Shown: one piece after another, positions 7,686 to 17,136 of the stretch | Position numbering within the stretch: the first letter of the stretch is position 1 | Layout of the letters: each line of letters starts with the position of its first letter | Made by a program: the position numbers and the translations under genes | Notes under the pieces: model-generated | The model's input: only the letters and a program-made list of their open reading frames with translations | What the model was told of the DNA's origin: nothing | The model's database searches: none | Source: Acidimicrobiaceae bacterium | Lineage (GTDB): Bacteria; Actinomycetota; Acidimicrobiia; Acidimicrobiales; Aldehydirespiratoraceae | Assembly: GCA_009844405.1 (NCBI GenBank) | Contig: VYBO01000022.1 | Span: 33,878-97,877 of the forward strand | DNA: 64,000 nucleotides | Direction: 5' to 3'

Positions 7686-10649
7686 GTGCTGCCGGTGATC
7701 GGAGAGCGACGGCCCTGGGCGGACCCGTCGGTGCTGGAGATGAACCGGCTGGCGATGCACGTCCCGCTGTCGGGGTTCCGCCGCCAGGGACTCGACGGCC
7801 TGTGGTCGCTCGAGTTGTTCGAGACTCCCGACGAGGTGCCGGCCGAGGCGCTGACCGGCATCCGGCCGGACGCTGTGCAGGTGGCCGTGCCCGGCAACTG
7901 GACCATGCAGAACCTCTCGAACGCCCGTGGCGAGGTGTTAGTCGACAGACCCCACTACACCAACGTCCAGATGCCGTTCGACGGCCCGCCGCCGCGGCTG
8001 CCCGACCGCAATCCGGCCGGGGTGTACCGCCGGACGGTGACGGTGCCCGCCGACTGGCACGGCGACCGGACCGTCCTTCACGTGGGCGGCGCCGAGAGCG
8101 TGCATGCGGTGTACGTCAACGGCCGGTTCGCGGGATACGGCACCGACAGCCGCCTGCCCAGCGAGTACGAGGTCGGCCGCCTGCTCACCCGGAAGACCAA
8201 CGAGCTGGCCATCGTCGTGATCCGGTACAGCGCCCACAGCTATATCGAGGACCAGGACCAGTGGTGGATGGCCGGACTGCACCGCTCGCTGTGGATCGAG
8301 TCCCGCCCCAATGGCCACATTGCTGACATCCGGGTGTCGACTGACTTCGATCGGGACACGGTCACAGGGAGGGTGGCTGCGACCGCGGTCGTCGACTTCG
8401 GCGGCATGTCAGCGCAGGGCTGGTCGATGCGGTTCGAACTGCACGATCCCTCCGGCTCCCGGGTGGGCCGCGAGATCGATGCACCTGTGGCCTTCGAGCG
8501 CGTCCAGGAGGCCGGCGAGCATGGGGCGGACGCGTGGTCGGGCGGAGGCCGGCGCGGGGCCGAAGCGGACGCGTGGTCGGGCGGAGGCCGGCGCGGGGCC
8601 GAAGCGGACGCGCGATGGGACCTTGCCCGGGCCGAAGCGTGGAGCGCGGAGACGCCCCGGCTCTACACCCTCGCCGCCGAGTTGGTGGATCCCGGCGGGA
8701 GTGTCATCCAGAGCGAGACGCAGCGGGTCGGGCTGCGCCGGGTGGAGGTGCGCGACCGGCAACTGCTGATGAACGGTCTCCCGATCCGCATCTTCGGCGT
8801 GAACCGCCACGACCATCACCCCGACACGGGCAAGGCCGTGACCGTCGAGGACATGCTGGACGACCTGAGGCTGATGCGGCTCCACAACATCAACGCCGTG
8901 CGGACGTCGCACTACCCCAACGACACCGCCTTCTACGCGCTCTGCGACGAGCTGGGCTTCTACGTGGTGGACGAGGCCAACCTCGAGGGCCACGCCTACG
9001 AGGACACCATCTGCGACGACGACGCCTACCGGGAAGCCTTCGTGGACCGCGGCGCCCGCATGGTGCAACGTGACCGGAACCACCCGTCGGTGATCGTGTG
9101 GAGCCTCGGAAACGAGACCGGCTACGGCGCCAGTCACGACGCCCTGGCCAAGTGGATCCGGGAAGCGGACCCGTCACGACCGCTGCACTACGAGCCGGCG
9201 ATCGACCTCCGGGGCTGGGACGACTGCGGTGAGACCGCCACCGACATCGTTTGCCCCATGTACCCGCAGCTCGACGCCATCCGCGGCTACGGCCAGGCCG
9301 GCGCCGGTCGGAGGCCGCTGATCATGTGCGAGTACAGCCACGCCATGGGCAACAGCAACGGCTCGCTGGCCGACTACTGGGACGTGATCGAGGCCACCCC
9401 CGGTCTCCAGGGGGGCTTCCTGTGGGAGTGGAAGGACCAGGCCCTGCGCCGGCGCCTCCCGGACGGCACGGCGAGGCTCGCCTACGGCGGCCAGTTCGGC
9501 GACGCCCCCCACGACGGCAACTTCGTGGCCGACGGGCTCGTGTCCGCCGACCTGGAGCCCCACCCGGCCATGCGGGAGGTCGCATGGGTGTACCGGCCGG
9601 TCGTGGTCACCGGCGACGGCCGCGGTCTGCGGATCGAGAACCGGCGGGCCTTCACGGGCCTAGCGGACCTGCGGGCCGGCTGGGAGTTGCTCGTGGACGG
9701 CGAGGCCGCCGATGGCGGCGTGCTGGCCGTGCCCGAGGTCGCTGGGCACGCATCTGCGACGATCCCCCTCCCGGAGGCCGCCCTCGATCCGGACCTGGAC
9801 CGCGACGCACATCTCACCGTCCGATGGGAGACCGTTCACGACGCCTGGTTCGCGTCGGCGGGCCATGTGGTGTCCTGGGACCAGATCGAGCTGGCCTGCG
9901 CCGGCGGCCCGGCGAGGCGAGGCCCCGGCGGGTCGCCGGCCGACCACCTGGTCTCCCCCACTCTCAACCTGTGGCGGGCCCCGACCGACAACGACGGCTT
10001 CAAGCTGACGCCCGAACTCTCGGAGCGCCTCGGGGTGGGCGGCCGGGCCCTTCACCGGTGGAGACAGGCCGGCCTCCACAACCGATCGGCCGACGAACTG
10101 GTCGCACACCGCCTGCAGGTCGAGCACGACGATCACGGCACCACCTACCGGCACTCGGTCGAGGTGCCGGAAGCGCTGGCCGACCTGCCCCGGATCGGCG
10201 TGCAGTTCGAGCTGCCTCCCCGGTTCCGCGAGCTCCGCTGGTACGGGCAGGGCCCTCACGAGAACTACCCGGACCGGAACCGCAGCGCCATGATGGGCGT
10301 CTGGCGCGGCCCGCCCGACGAACTGCCCTACCTGGTGCCCCAGGAGTTCGGGCTGCGCACCGGCTGCCGGTGGTTGGAGATCATCGATCCCGAGGGCGGC
10401 GAGGCGGTCCGCATCGGCGCCCTGCAGCCCAGCACGCTGAGCTTCTCGGCGACTCACCACCGTCCGTCGGATCTGTTCGAGGCGCCGACGCAGGCCGAGG
10501 TCCGGCGCCGCGACGGCCTGATGGTGTGCCTCGACGCCGCCCACCGGGGCCTGGGCACCGCCAGCTGCGGACCGGGCGTGCTGCCGGAGTACCGGATCGC
10601 GTCCGGACGCCACGAGTTCGCCTACAGGGTCAGCGTCACACCGGTCTGA
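7686..10649 (+). CDS. lacZ: Beta-galactosidase, glycoside hydrolase family 2
   Basis: 987 aa; NAVRTSHYPND, WSLGNETG (acid/base Glu), MCEYSHAMGNS (nucleophile Glu), C-terminal small-chain domain. Confidence 0.9.
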   Translation: MLPVIGERRPWADPSVLEMNRLAMHVPLSGFRRQGLDGLWSLELFETPDEVPAEALTGIRPDAVQVAVPGNWTMQNLSNARGEVLVDRPHYTNVQMPFDGPPPRLPDRNPAGVYRRTVTVPADWHGDRTVLHVGGAESVHAVYVNGRFAGYGTDSRLPSEYEVGRLLTRKTNELAIVVIRYSAHSYIEDQDQWWMAGLHRSLWIESRPNGHIADIRVSTDFDRDTVTGRVAATAVVDFGGMSAQGWSMRFELHDPSGSRVGREIDAPVAFERVQEAGEHGADAWSGGGRRGAEADAWSGGGRRGAEADARWDLARAEAWSAETPRLYTLAAELVDPGGSVIQSETQRVGLRRVEVRDRQLLMNGLPIRIFGVNRHDHHPDTGKAVTVEDMLDDLRLMRLHNINAVRTSHYPNDTAFYALCDELGFYVVDEANLEGHAYEDTICDDDAYREAFVDRGARMVQRDRNHPSVIVWSLGNETGYGASHDALAKWIREADPSRPLHYEPAIDLRGWDDCGETATDIVCPMYPQLDAIRGYGQAGAGRRPLIMCEYSHAMGNSNGSLADYWDVIEATPGLQGGFLWEWKDQALRRRLPDGTARLAYGGQFGDAPHDGNFVADGLVSADLEPHPAMREVAWVYRPVVVTGDGRGLRIENRRAFTGLADLRAGWELLVDGEAADGGVLAVPEVAGHASATIPLPEAALDPDLDRDAHLTVRWETVHDAWFASAGHVVSWDQIELACAGGPARRGPGGSPADHLVSPTLNLWRAPTDNDGFKLTPELSERLGVGGRALHRWRQAGLHNRSADELVAHRLQVEHDDHGTTYRHSVEVPEALADLPRIGVQFELPPRFRELRWYGQGPHENYPDRNRSAMMGVWRGPPDELPYLVPQEFGLRTGCRWLEIIDPEGGEAVRIGALQPSTLSFSATHHRPSDLFEAPTQAEVRRRDGLMVCLDAAHRGLGTASCGPGVLPEYRIASGRHEFAYRVSVTPV
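8528..8612 (+). repeat. 39-bp in-frame tandem duplication (x2.2) inside lacZ
   Basis: GGACGCGTGGTCGGGCGGAGGCCGGCGCGGGGCCGAAGC occurs at 8528-8566 and 8567-8605, then GGACGCG. It encodes the duplicated peptide (A)DAWSGGGRRGAEA. Confidence 0.9.
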
Positions 10650-10693
10650 AGCGCCGCATACCGGGTGAGCGTCACACCGGCCTGAGTCGCCGC
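10623..10693 (+). repeat. Imperfect 36-bp-period duplication of the lacZ 3' end including the stop codon
   Basis: 10623-10657 versus 10659-10693: 30 of 35 bases identical. Both copies read YRVSVTP(V/A)-stop. Confidence 0.7.
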
Positions 10694-10707
10694 CTGCCGC
10701 TCGGACG

Positions 10708-12804
10708 TCAGGCGGTGTCGAGGTGGATCAGCGCGGCCGTCTCGGGGTTCAGCGGGGGCAGCTGGAGGCCGAGACGGGCCAGATCGTCGCCTCGCAGCAC
10801 CGCGCCCTCGTCCCACCAGGGCGGCGACGAGTGGGTCGGGCCGCTGCGCTCGCCCGGGAGGGGCACCCGCTCTACCCGGTACCGCCGGCCGGGATCTAGC
10901 CCTGGCAGTAGCAGGGGCGGAGGGGTCAGGCTCGGGACCGGCGCAACCACGGCGAAGCTGATCAGCGCCTCCGAGAGGTCGGGCCGGTACACCCCGTGCG
11001 CCGTGTAGGCGGGCTCGGTGTCGAACCGCACCGCGTCGCCGCTGTGCAGCAGGGGCCTGAACCGCTTGTGTACCGATATGGCCTCGGCGAGGTCGTCCAA
11101 GGCCGCGTCTGAGAGTTCGAGCAGGTCGCACTCGACGCCGAGGTGCCCGAACAGAGCGGTTGCCGCCCTGAAGGCGAGAGCGTGGCGCCGGCCGGTGGTG
11201 TGGGAGCGCTCCGGCCCGATGTGGGCCCCCATCATCTCGGGCGGGATCAGCAGCGACGCGCCCCGCTGGATCGCCTGGCGCTCGAGCGGGTCGGTGCAGT
11301 CGCTGGTCCAGGCCCGCTCGGTGCGGCGGAGAATCTCGTGGTCGACCCGGGCCCCGCCGGAGGAGCAGCTCTCGATCTCCACTCCGGGATGCCGCCGGCG
11401 CAGCGCGTCCATGAGCCGGTACACGGCCAGCGTCTGGGCGTGGGTGCCGGCCCGGCCGCCGGCCCCGCCCGCTCCAATATGGTCGCGGTTCATGTCCCAC
11501 TTCAGGAAGGTGATGTCGTGGTCGGCGAGCAGGCTGTCGAGCTGGCCCAGAACGTGGTCGAACGCCTGGGGGCGGGCCAGGTCGAGCACGAGCTGGTTGC
11601 GGGCCAGCACGGGCTCGTAGCCGTCGTTGGCCAGCGCGCACTCGGGATGGGCCCGGTAGAGGTCGCTGTCGGGGTTGACCATGCCGGGCTCGACCCAGAT
11701 GCCGAAGGCCATTCCCAGACCGGTGACGTGAGCGATCAGGGGATCGAGGCCCTCCGGGTGGGCGTCGGCCGACACCGTCCAGTCGCCGAGGCCCGACGTG
11801 TCGTCGCGGCGGGAGCCGAACCAGCCGTCGTCGAGCACGAAACGCTCGATCCCGATCCGGGCTGCCCGCTCGGCCAGCGCCAGCAGCCGGTCGAGGTCGT
11901 GGTCGAAGTAAATGGCCTCCCAGGTGTTGAACACGACCGGCCTCGGCGACCGCGGGTGCTCGGGGCGGGCACGCAGCCGGCGATGGAACTGCTGGGTGGC
12001 TGCGGTCAGCCCCGCCTCGCTGTGGACGGCGACCACCTCGGGGCTGCGGTACGACTCTCCGGGCGCGAGCGCGATCTCGCCGGGATGGAGGAGCTCGCCG
12101 AGTTGCACGTACCGCCGCCCGTCGGGCAGCCGCTCGGCCAGGAGCGCATGGTTGCCGGTCCAGGCGAGGTGAGCGCCCCACACTGAGCCGGTGCTCTCAC
12201 CGAAGCCGGCGTCGCCGGCGAACACCAGCGGCGGATGCTCGTGGGATGTGCGGCCCCGCCGGTTCTCGACGGTGTGCGCGCCCCAGGACCAGGAAGTCCG
12301 CCGCACCTGGAACTCGCGGCCCCAGCGTCCGCCCAGCGTGAGGAGTTCGGAGGCCCGGGCCGGGACCGGCAGGGTGATGCTCATGCCATCGAGCCGGTAG
12401 GGCTCGTCCGGGCTCAGGTTGGCGACCTCGACCCGCACCGACAGGGCATGGTCGAGGCTGAGCGTCGTGGTCAGGGCGAGGCCGGCGACCTCGTCGAGCG
12501 CCTCCACGGTAAGCCGCCCCCCGTCGAGCGCATGCCGGGCGGGCCGGAACCGGGGGGCCCAGTCGCGCCCGTCGGGCCGCGAGCCCAGCAGCCCGGGCCG
12601 TCCCGGGAAGCCGGACCCGTGCTCGGGCACGACCGAGACCGGCGCGACCGTGTCGGGAGCGGCGTGCACCCGTGGACGCTCCAGAGCGGCCTCGAGCGCC
12701 GAGCCGTCGGGCTCGGACAACGGCGCGCCCCAGTGCACGATCTGTGGCGCGCCGTGCGACAGGTCGACCACCACGTCGGCGCCGCGGCCGCGCAGATGGA
12801 TCAT
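10708..12804 (-). CDS. Alpha-galactosidase, glycoside hydrolase family 36
   Basis: 698 aa; FVLDDGWF, FLKWDMNRD, CSSGGARVD are GH36 catalytic-region patterns. Confidence 0.9.
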   Translation of the reverse strand: MIHLRGRGADVVVDLSHGAPQIVHWGAPLSEPDGSALEAALERPRVHAAPDTVAPVSVVPEHGSGFPGRPGLLGSRPDGRDWAPRFRPARHALDGGRLTVEALDEVAGLALTTTLSLDHALSVRVEVANLSPDEPYRLDGMSITLPVPARASELLTLGGRWGREFQVRRTSWSWGAHTVENRRGRTSHEHPPLVFAGDAGFGESTGSVWGAHLAWTGNHALLAERLPDGRRYVQLGELLHPGEIALAPGESYRSPEVVAVHSEAGLTAATQQFHRRLRARPEHPRSPRPVVFNTWEAIYFDHDLDRLLALAERAARIGIERFVLDDGWFGSRRDDTSGLGDWTVSADAHPEGLDPLIAHVTGLGMAFGIWVEPGMVNPDSDLYRAHPECALANDGYEPVLARNQLVLDLARPQAFDHVLGQLDSLLADHDITFLKWDMNRDHIGAGGAGGRAGTHAQTLAVYRLMDALRRRHPGVEIESCSSGGARVDHEILRRTERAWTSDCTDPLERQAIQRGASLLIPPEMMGAHIGPERSHTTGRRHALAFRAATALFGHLGVECDLLELSDAALDDLAEAISVHKRFRPLLHSGDAVRFDTEPAYTAHGVYRPDLSEALISFAVVAPVPSLTPPPLLLPGLDPGRRYRVERVPLPGERSGPTHSSPPWWDEGAVLRGDDLARLGLQLPPLNPETAALIHLDTA

Positions 12805-12918
12805 GCCGATGTGGCCGGGCCCAGTTTCCCGCTCGTGTTCGCTTCGCTCACGGGCCGCTCAGGCCACGGCCTCGCTTGGGCTCGTGCGAAGCTGATCATG
12901 TCAACCCTGCTCGGCCTC
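12805..12918 (-). mobile_element. MITE/REP-like element, copy B (left boundary approximate)
   Basis: Core CCCGCTCGTGTTCGCTTCGCTCACGGGCCGCTCAGGCCACGGCCTCGC. Terminus CTGCTCGGCCTC ends at 12918, directly abutting the permease stop codon. Confidence 0.6.
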
Positions 12919-13833
12919 TCAGCCCTTGCTGGCGCCGAGGGTGAGGCCCGAGATGAACTGTTTCTGCAGGATCAGGTATACGACCAGCGTAGGCAGGGCT
13001 ATGAGGATGGACGCCGCTGCGATCAGGTTGAAGTCGCTGGCCCACTGGCCGTTGAGCACGGCGATCGAGGAGGTGATGGGGCGTTCGTCGCCCCGGTTGA
13101 GAAGCACCGCGCCCCAGAAGAAGTCGTTGTAGAGCCAGGTGAACTCCAGCGTGCCCAGCGCGGCGAGAGCGGGCCGGGTCAGCGGGAGGATGATCTTGAA
13201 GAAGCGACGCCACACTCCGGCCCCGTCGACGGCGGCGGCTTCGTCGATCTCCTTGGGGATGGTCTTCATGTAGTTCGACAGGACGAAGGTGCAGAATCCG
13301 ACCTGGAAGGCGACGTGGATCAGGATGACGGCGATCTTGGTGCCCAGCAGGCTGCCGGTGTCGGTGTCGGAGAGGATGTCGGGCCACGGCATCCGCTTGA
13401 AGAACTGGAACAGCGGCTGGAACAGCACCTGCTGGGGCATGAGGTTGCCGGCGGTGAACAGCACCAGGAAGGCGATGTTGAACTTCCAGCTGTAGCGGGT
13501 GCAGGCGTAGGCCACGATGGCGGCCAGCAGCAGGGTGAAGAACAGCGCCGGGATCACGATGAAGGCGGTGTTGCCGAACGTCTTGGCCATCTCGCCCACG
13601 TTCCAGGCGTCGCGGTAGTTGTCGAGGGTGAGGGTCTCGGGCAGCGAGAAGGCCCCGTTGGGCTGGGTGTCGGCCTCCCAGTAGCGGAAGGAGTTGTAGA
13701 CGGCGGTTCCGACGGGCACCAGCCAGGCCAGCGCCATCACGGTCAGGAAGGCGTACAGCAGGAGCCTCATGGGCTTCACGCGGGGCCCCCTGCGCTTGGC
13801 GGACGGAGGCGCGGCAACGACGGTGCCGCTCAC
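12919..13833 (-). CDS. Carbohydrate ABC transporter permease (MalG/UgpE-like)
   Basis: Multi-TM sequence with the EAA loop region IDEAAAVDGAGVWRRFFKIILPLTRPAL. GTG start at 13833 overlaps the upstream stop (GTGA); an alternative ATG lies at 13770. Confidence 0.85.
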   Translation of the reverse strand: MSGTVVAAPPSAKRRGPRVKPMRLLLYAFLTVMALAWLVPVGTAVYNSFRYWEADTQPNGAFSLPETLTLDNYRDAWNVGEMAKTFGNTAFIVIPALFFTLLLAAIVAYACTRYSWKFNIAFLVLFTAGNLMPQQVLFQPLFQFFKRMPWPDILSDTDTGSLLGTKIAVILIHVAFQVGFCTFVLSNYMKTIPKEIDEAAAVDGAGVWRRFFKIILPLTRPALAALGTLEFTWLYNDFFWGAVLLNRGDERPITSSIAVLNGQWASDFNLIAAASILIALPTLVVYLILQKQFISGLTLGASKG

Positions 13834-14807
13834 AGCTCGGACTCCCGGTAGTGGTTGATCACGTACCAGATGATGAAGCCGAGGCACAGCAGCAGCATCA
13901 CCACGCCGTACGCCGATCCGAACCCGACCCGCCCGCTGCCCTCGCCCAGGAGGCTCTTGGTGACCAGCGTGCCCATCACGTCGGTGCCGCGGGGCTCGTT
14001 GAGGGCGGCGATGATGTCGTAGGCCCGCAGAGCCTCGATGGCGGTGATCACGACCACGATCACGTTGATCGGCTTCAGGGACGGGAAGATCACCCGTCTG
14101 AACGCCTGCCACTCGTTGCATCCGTCGATGGCGGCCGCTTCCCGCAGAGCCTGATCGACCGCCTTCAGGCCGGCCAGGTACATCACCATGATGTAGCCGA
14201 TGTGCCGCCAGGCCATGGCCACCAGCAGGGCCGCGAAGTTCTTGGACAGCCCGAGGGCCGGGTCGAGGAACGGCAGGTCGAAGGAGAAGATCTTGGTGCC
14301 GTCCCCGACGAAGTCGATGGGCCCGCCCGGCCACAGCGTGTTGAGCAGGCCCCGGTCCCGGGAGAACATCGTCGACTTCCAGATGAAGCCGACGACGGCC
14401 AGCGACAGCACCACCGGGAAGTAGTAGACGCTCTGGTAGAAGCGGCTGCCCCGGATGTTCTTGTCGAGCAGGTAGGCGAACAGCATGCCGACCGCCGAGC
14501 AGACGGTGAGCCAGATGATCAGCACGAAGTTGTTGAACAGCGCCCCGAACAGGTCGCCCTCGAAGACTGTGAAGATGAACCAGTAGTTGCGGAAGCCGAC
14601 GTCGCGGATGTCGCTCAGCGGCGCCAGGTTGTCCCATTCGGCGAACGACAGGATGACGGTCAGAGTCGCCGGTATCCAGACCAGCCCGATGTGCAGGGCG
14701 GCGGGCACGCCGACCATCACCCACAGCCAGATGCGGTCGGTGCGTGAGAGATGGGTCGAGCGACGCCGGCGGCGCCCGGATCGGGAGGCCGCCGCCGTCG
14801 CTCGCAC
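13830..14807 (-). CDS. Carbohydrate ABC transporter permease (MalF/UgpA-like)
   Basis: 325 aa; EAA loop LREAAAIDGCNEWQAFRRVIFPSLKP; six predicted TM stretches. Confidence 0.85.
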   Translation of the reverse strand: MRATAAASRSGRRRRRSTHLSRTDRIWLWVMVGVPAALHIGLVWIPATLTVILSFAEWDNLAPLSDIRDVGFRNYWFIFTVFEGDLFGALFNNFVLIIWLTVCSAVGMLFAYLLDKNIRGSRFYQSVYYFPVVLSLAVVGFIWKSTMFSRDRGLLNTLWPGGPIDFVGDGTKIFSFDLPFLDPALGLSKNFAALLVAMAWRHIGYIMVMYLAGLKAVDQALREAAAIDGCNEWQAFRRVIFPSLKPINVIVVVITAIEALRAYDIIAALNEPRGTDVMGTLVTKSLLGEGSGRVGFGSAYGVVMLLLCLGFIIWYVINHYRESEL

Positions 14808-14868
14808 GGTGGGGATCGTAGCTATCCGCCGGGCGTCGCCCGCCGTGGAGCGCGCGATCCGAGGGTCG

Positions 14869-16221
14869 TCACTCGAAGGTGAAGGTCTGCTTCTTGGCCT
14901 CGATGTCGGCGAGGATCGTGCCGATGCTGCCGGGAGTTGCCAGGAAGTCGGCGATCCCGACGCCGACCACGTTGGCCGCGAAGTCGGGGTCGGTGTCGCG
15001 GTCGAGGAACTGGGCGATGTAGCTCGCCGTGGCGACCGCCTCGGCGGACTTGCGCTGCAGGGCGTTGTAGCCGCTGGTGTCGGCGTTGCTGTTGGCGGCC
15101 ACCACCGCCGGATCCACCGACAGGTAGGCGTCGATGGCCTCGACCGAGCCCAGGCCGGTGAGCAGGGCCTTGGCCCCCGCCTCGTTGGCTGGTTCGGCGG
15201 CCATCATGAAGCCGTCGATCGGCGCCTCGATGGCGTCCTGGCCGTGCTCCGGGTTCACCTCGGGGAACAGGAAGAAGTCGATGTCGTCGATGATGTCGGC
15301 CTGGGCTTCCCTGTCGAAGTTCGACACGACGAAGGTGCCGAGCAGGTACATGCCCGCCGACTTGTCGCCAAGGTTGTTGGCGGCGTCCTGCCAGGTGCGC
15401 CCGTTGGCGTCGGGCTGGTAGTAGGGAAGGATCTCCTCCCAGGTGCTGAACACGTTCTGCACCCGGGCGTCCTCCCAGTCCTCCCGGCCGCCCATGAGGC
15501 TGACATGGAAGTCGTAGCCGTTGATCCGCAGGTTCAGCATGTCGAACATGCCCATCTGGGGCCAGCGCCCGTCGTTGGCGGCGCACAGCGGGATGAGGCC
15601 GTCGGCCTCCATCGTGTCGCACAGGGCCTTGAACTCGTCCCAGTTGGCGGGGATGTCGTAGCCGTTGTCGGCGAACAGGCTCTTGCGGTAGTGGACGGCC
15701 CACGGGTAGAAGTAGAGCGGCACGAAGTACTGGTTGCCGTCGAGGCCCGAGGAGGCGCTGCGGAAGGCGCCGGACATCCCGTCGAGGTTGTCCCACACGT
15801 CGGAGATGTCGCCCACCACGCCCTTGCTGGCGAAGGCCCGCATGCGGTAGCCGGCGAACCAGGCCATCACGTCGTCGGGCTGCTGGACGTAGGTGTTGAA
15901 GTTGTCCTGGTAGGTGTTGTGGTCGATGGTGTTGATCTCGGTGTCGACGCCGGTCGCGGCCACGGCCGCGGCCAGGGCCGCCTTCGGGTTCGCGTCGGAG
16001 TAGTTCGAGCCGAGCGTGGTGGTGCCGACGCCGGTCTCGGCTGCCGCGGTGGTGGCGGGGGCCGCGGCGGTGGTCGTCGCGGCCGGTGCGGTCTCGTCGT
16101 CGCCGCAGGCGGCCAGCAACGCGGCGCCGCCGACCGCGGCCGCGCCGCTGCCGATCACGAAGTTGCGGCGGCTCACGCTCGAGTCGCGCAGGCTCTGAAG
16201 CCGGTTGGATGTGTTGGTCAT
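14869..16221 (-). CDS. ABC transporter sugar-binding lipoprotein
   Basis: 450 aa; Tat-like signal plus lipobox SRRNFVIGSGAAAVGGAALLAACG; family-1 solute-binding-protein-like body. Confidence 0.9.
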   Translation of the reverse strand: MTNTSNRLQSLRDSSVSRRNFVIGSGAAAVGGAALLAACGDDETAPAATTTAAAPATTAAAETGVGTTTLGSNYSDANPKAALAAAVAATGVDTEINTIDHNTYQDNFNTYVQQPDDVMAWFAGYRMRAFASKGVVGDISDVWDNLDGMSGAFRSASSGLDGNQYFVPLYFYPWAVHYRKSLFADNGYDIPANWDEFKALCDTMEADGLIPLCAANDGRWPQMGMFDMLNLRINGYDFHVSLMGGREDWEDARVQNVFSTWEEILPYYQPDANGRTWQDAANNLGDKSAGMYLLGTFVVSNFDREAQADIIDDIDFFLFPEVNPEHGQDAIEAPIDGFMMAAEPANEAGAKALLTGLGSVEAIDAYLSVDPAVVAANSNADTSGYNALQRKSAEAVATASYIAQFLDRDTDPDFAANVVGVGIADFLATPGSIGTILADIEAKKQTFTFE

Positions 16222-16284
16222 GGTTCCTCCTAGTGTCCTGAGTCGGGAAGTCGTTGTATCGCTTCCGGTTCAGTCGTTCATTGG

Positions 16285-16292
16285 TGATATCA
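16285..16292. promoter_or_regulatory. TGATATCA palindrome in the AT-rich patch of the binding-protein/GntR divergent promoter (candidate operator)
   Basis: Perfect 8-bp palindrome within CATTGGTGATATCATAAGATTAG, the only AT-rich stretch of the 114-bp intergenic region. Confidence 0.25.
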
Positions 16293-16335
16293 TAAGATTA
16301 GTTCCTGACGCAAGCCCGCGACTAGCCTCGCCGGA

Positions 16336-17097
16336 ATGGTCTTCGACTCCCGCACGGGAACCGGACTTCGCCAGCGTACGGTCGAGAGCATCGGCTACCG
16401 GATCATCGACAGCACCTACCCGCCCGGGCACCGGTTCTCCAACCAGGAGGACCTGTCGGCGGAGTTGGGCGTGTCCCGCACCGTGGTCCGCGAGGCCCTC
16501 GGCCTGCTGCGGGACAAGGGGTTGATCGAGTCCCGCCCGAAGTCGGGCACCGTGGTGGCCGACCGCCGGTCGTGGAACCTGCTCGATTCCGACGTCCTGC
16601 GCTGGAGCATCGCGGCGCGGTCGGCGCCGACGACGCTCGGCCACGTCGCCGAGGTGCGCCTGGTGATCGAGCCCCAGGCGGCCCGGCTGGCCGCCCGTCG
16701 GCGGAGCGACGAAGCGGCCGCGGAGCTCCGGGCCCAGTACGACGCCATGGCGGCGTCGGTCAGCGACTTCAACCGCTACATCGAAGCTGACCTGGCCTTC
16801 CACGACGCGGTGTTCCGCGCCGCCGCGAACCCGGTGCTGGCCCAGATGGCCGAGACCATCAGGGTGGCGCTGGAGGGCAGCCGGCAGGTGACCGTCCAGG
16901 TGCCCGGCGGCCCGGCCACCACCATCGAGCACCATGCCCGGGTGGCCCGGGCGATCCAGCATCGGGACGAGGCCGAGGCCGCTCGGGCCATGACCGAGTT
17001 GATCGAGGTCTCCACCAGCCACCTTCTGCGGCTGCTCCGACCGCCCGACGGTGACGGCCGTTCCGGCGGCGGCGCGGATCCCGATCCCGACGGGTAG
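16336..17097 (+). CDS. GntR/FadR-family transcriptional regulator
   Basis: N-terminal wHTH QEDLSAELGVSRTVVREALGLLRDKGLIESRPKSGTVV, followed by a helical FCD-type C-terminal domain. Confidence 0.9.
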   Translation: MVFDSRTGTGLRQRTVESIGYRIIDSTYPPGHRFSNQEDLSAELGVSRTVVREALGLLRDKGLIESRPKSGTVVADRRSWNLLDSDVLRWSIAARSAPTTLGHVAEVRLVIEPQAARLAARRRSDEAAAELRAQYDAMAASVSDFNRYIEADLAFHDAVFRAAANPVLAQMAETIRVALEGSRQVTVQVPGGPATTIEHHARVARAIQHRDEAEAARAMTELIEVSTSHLLRLLRPPDGDGRSGGGADPDPDG

Positions 17098-17136
17098 GCG
17101 CGACGGCGGGGAGACGCCGACCGGCTCACAGTTCGC

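Noticed and set aside
12919-14724. The 601-aa ORF 12919..14724 (-) as one large fused permease.
   Set aside because: Its upstream 300 codons are a shadow frame across the neighbouring permease gene (13830..14807). The membrane-protein sequence begins only around 13833/13770.
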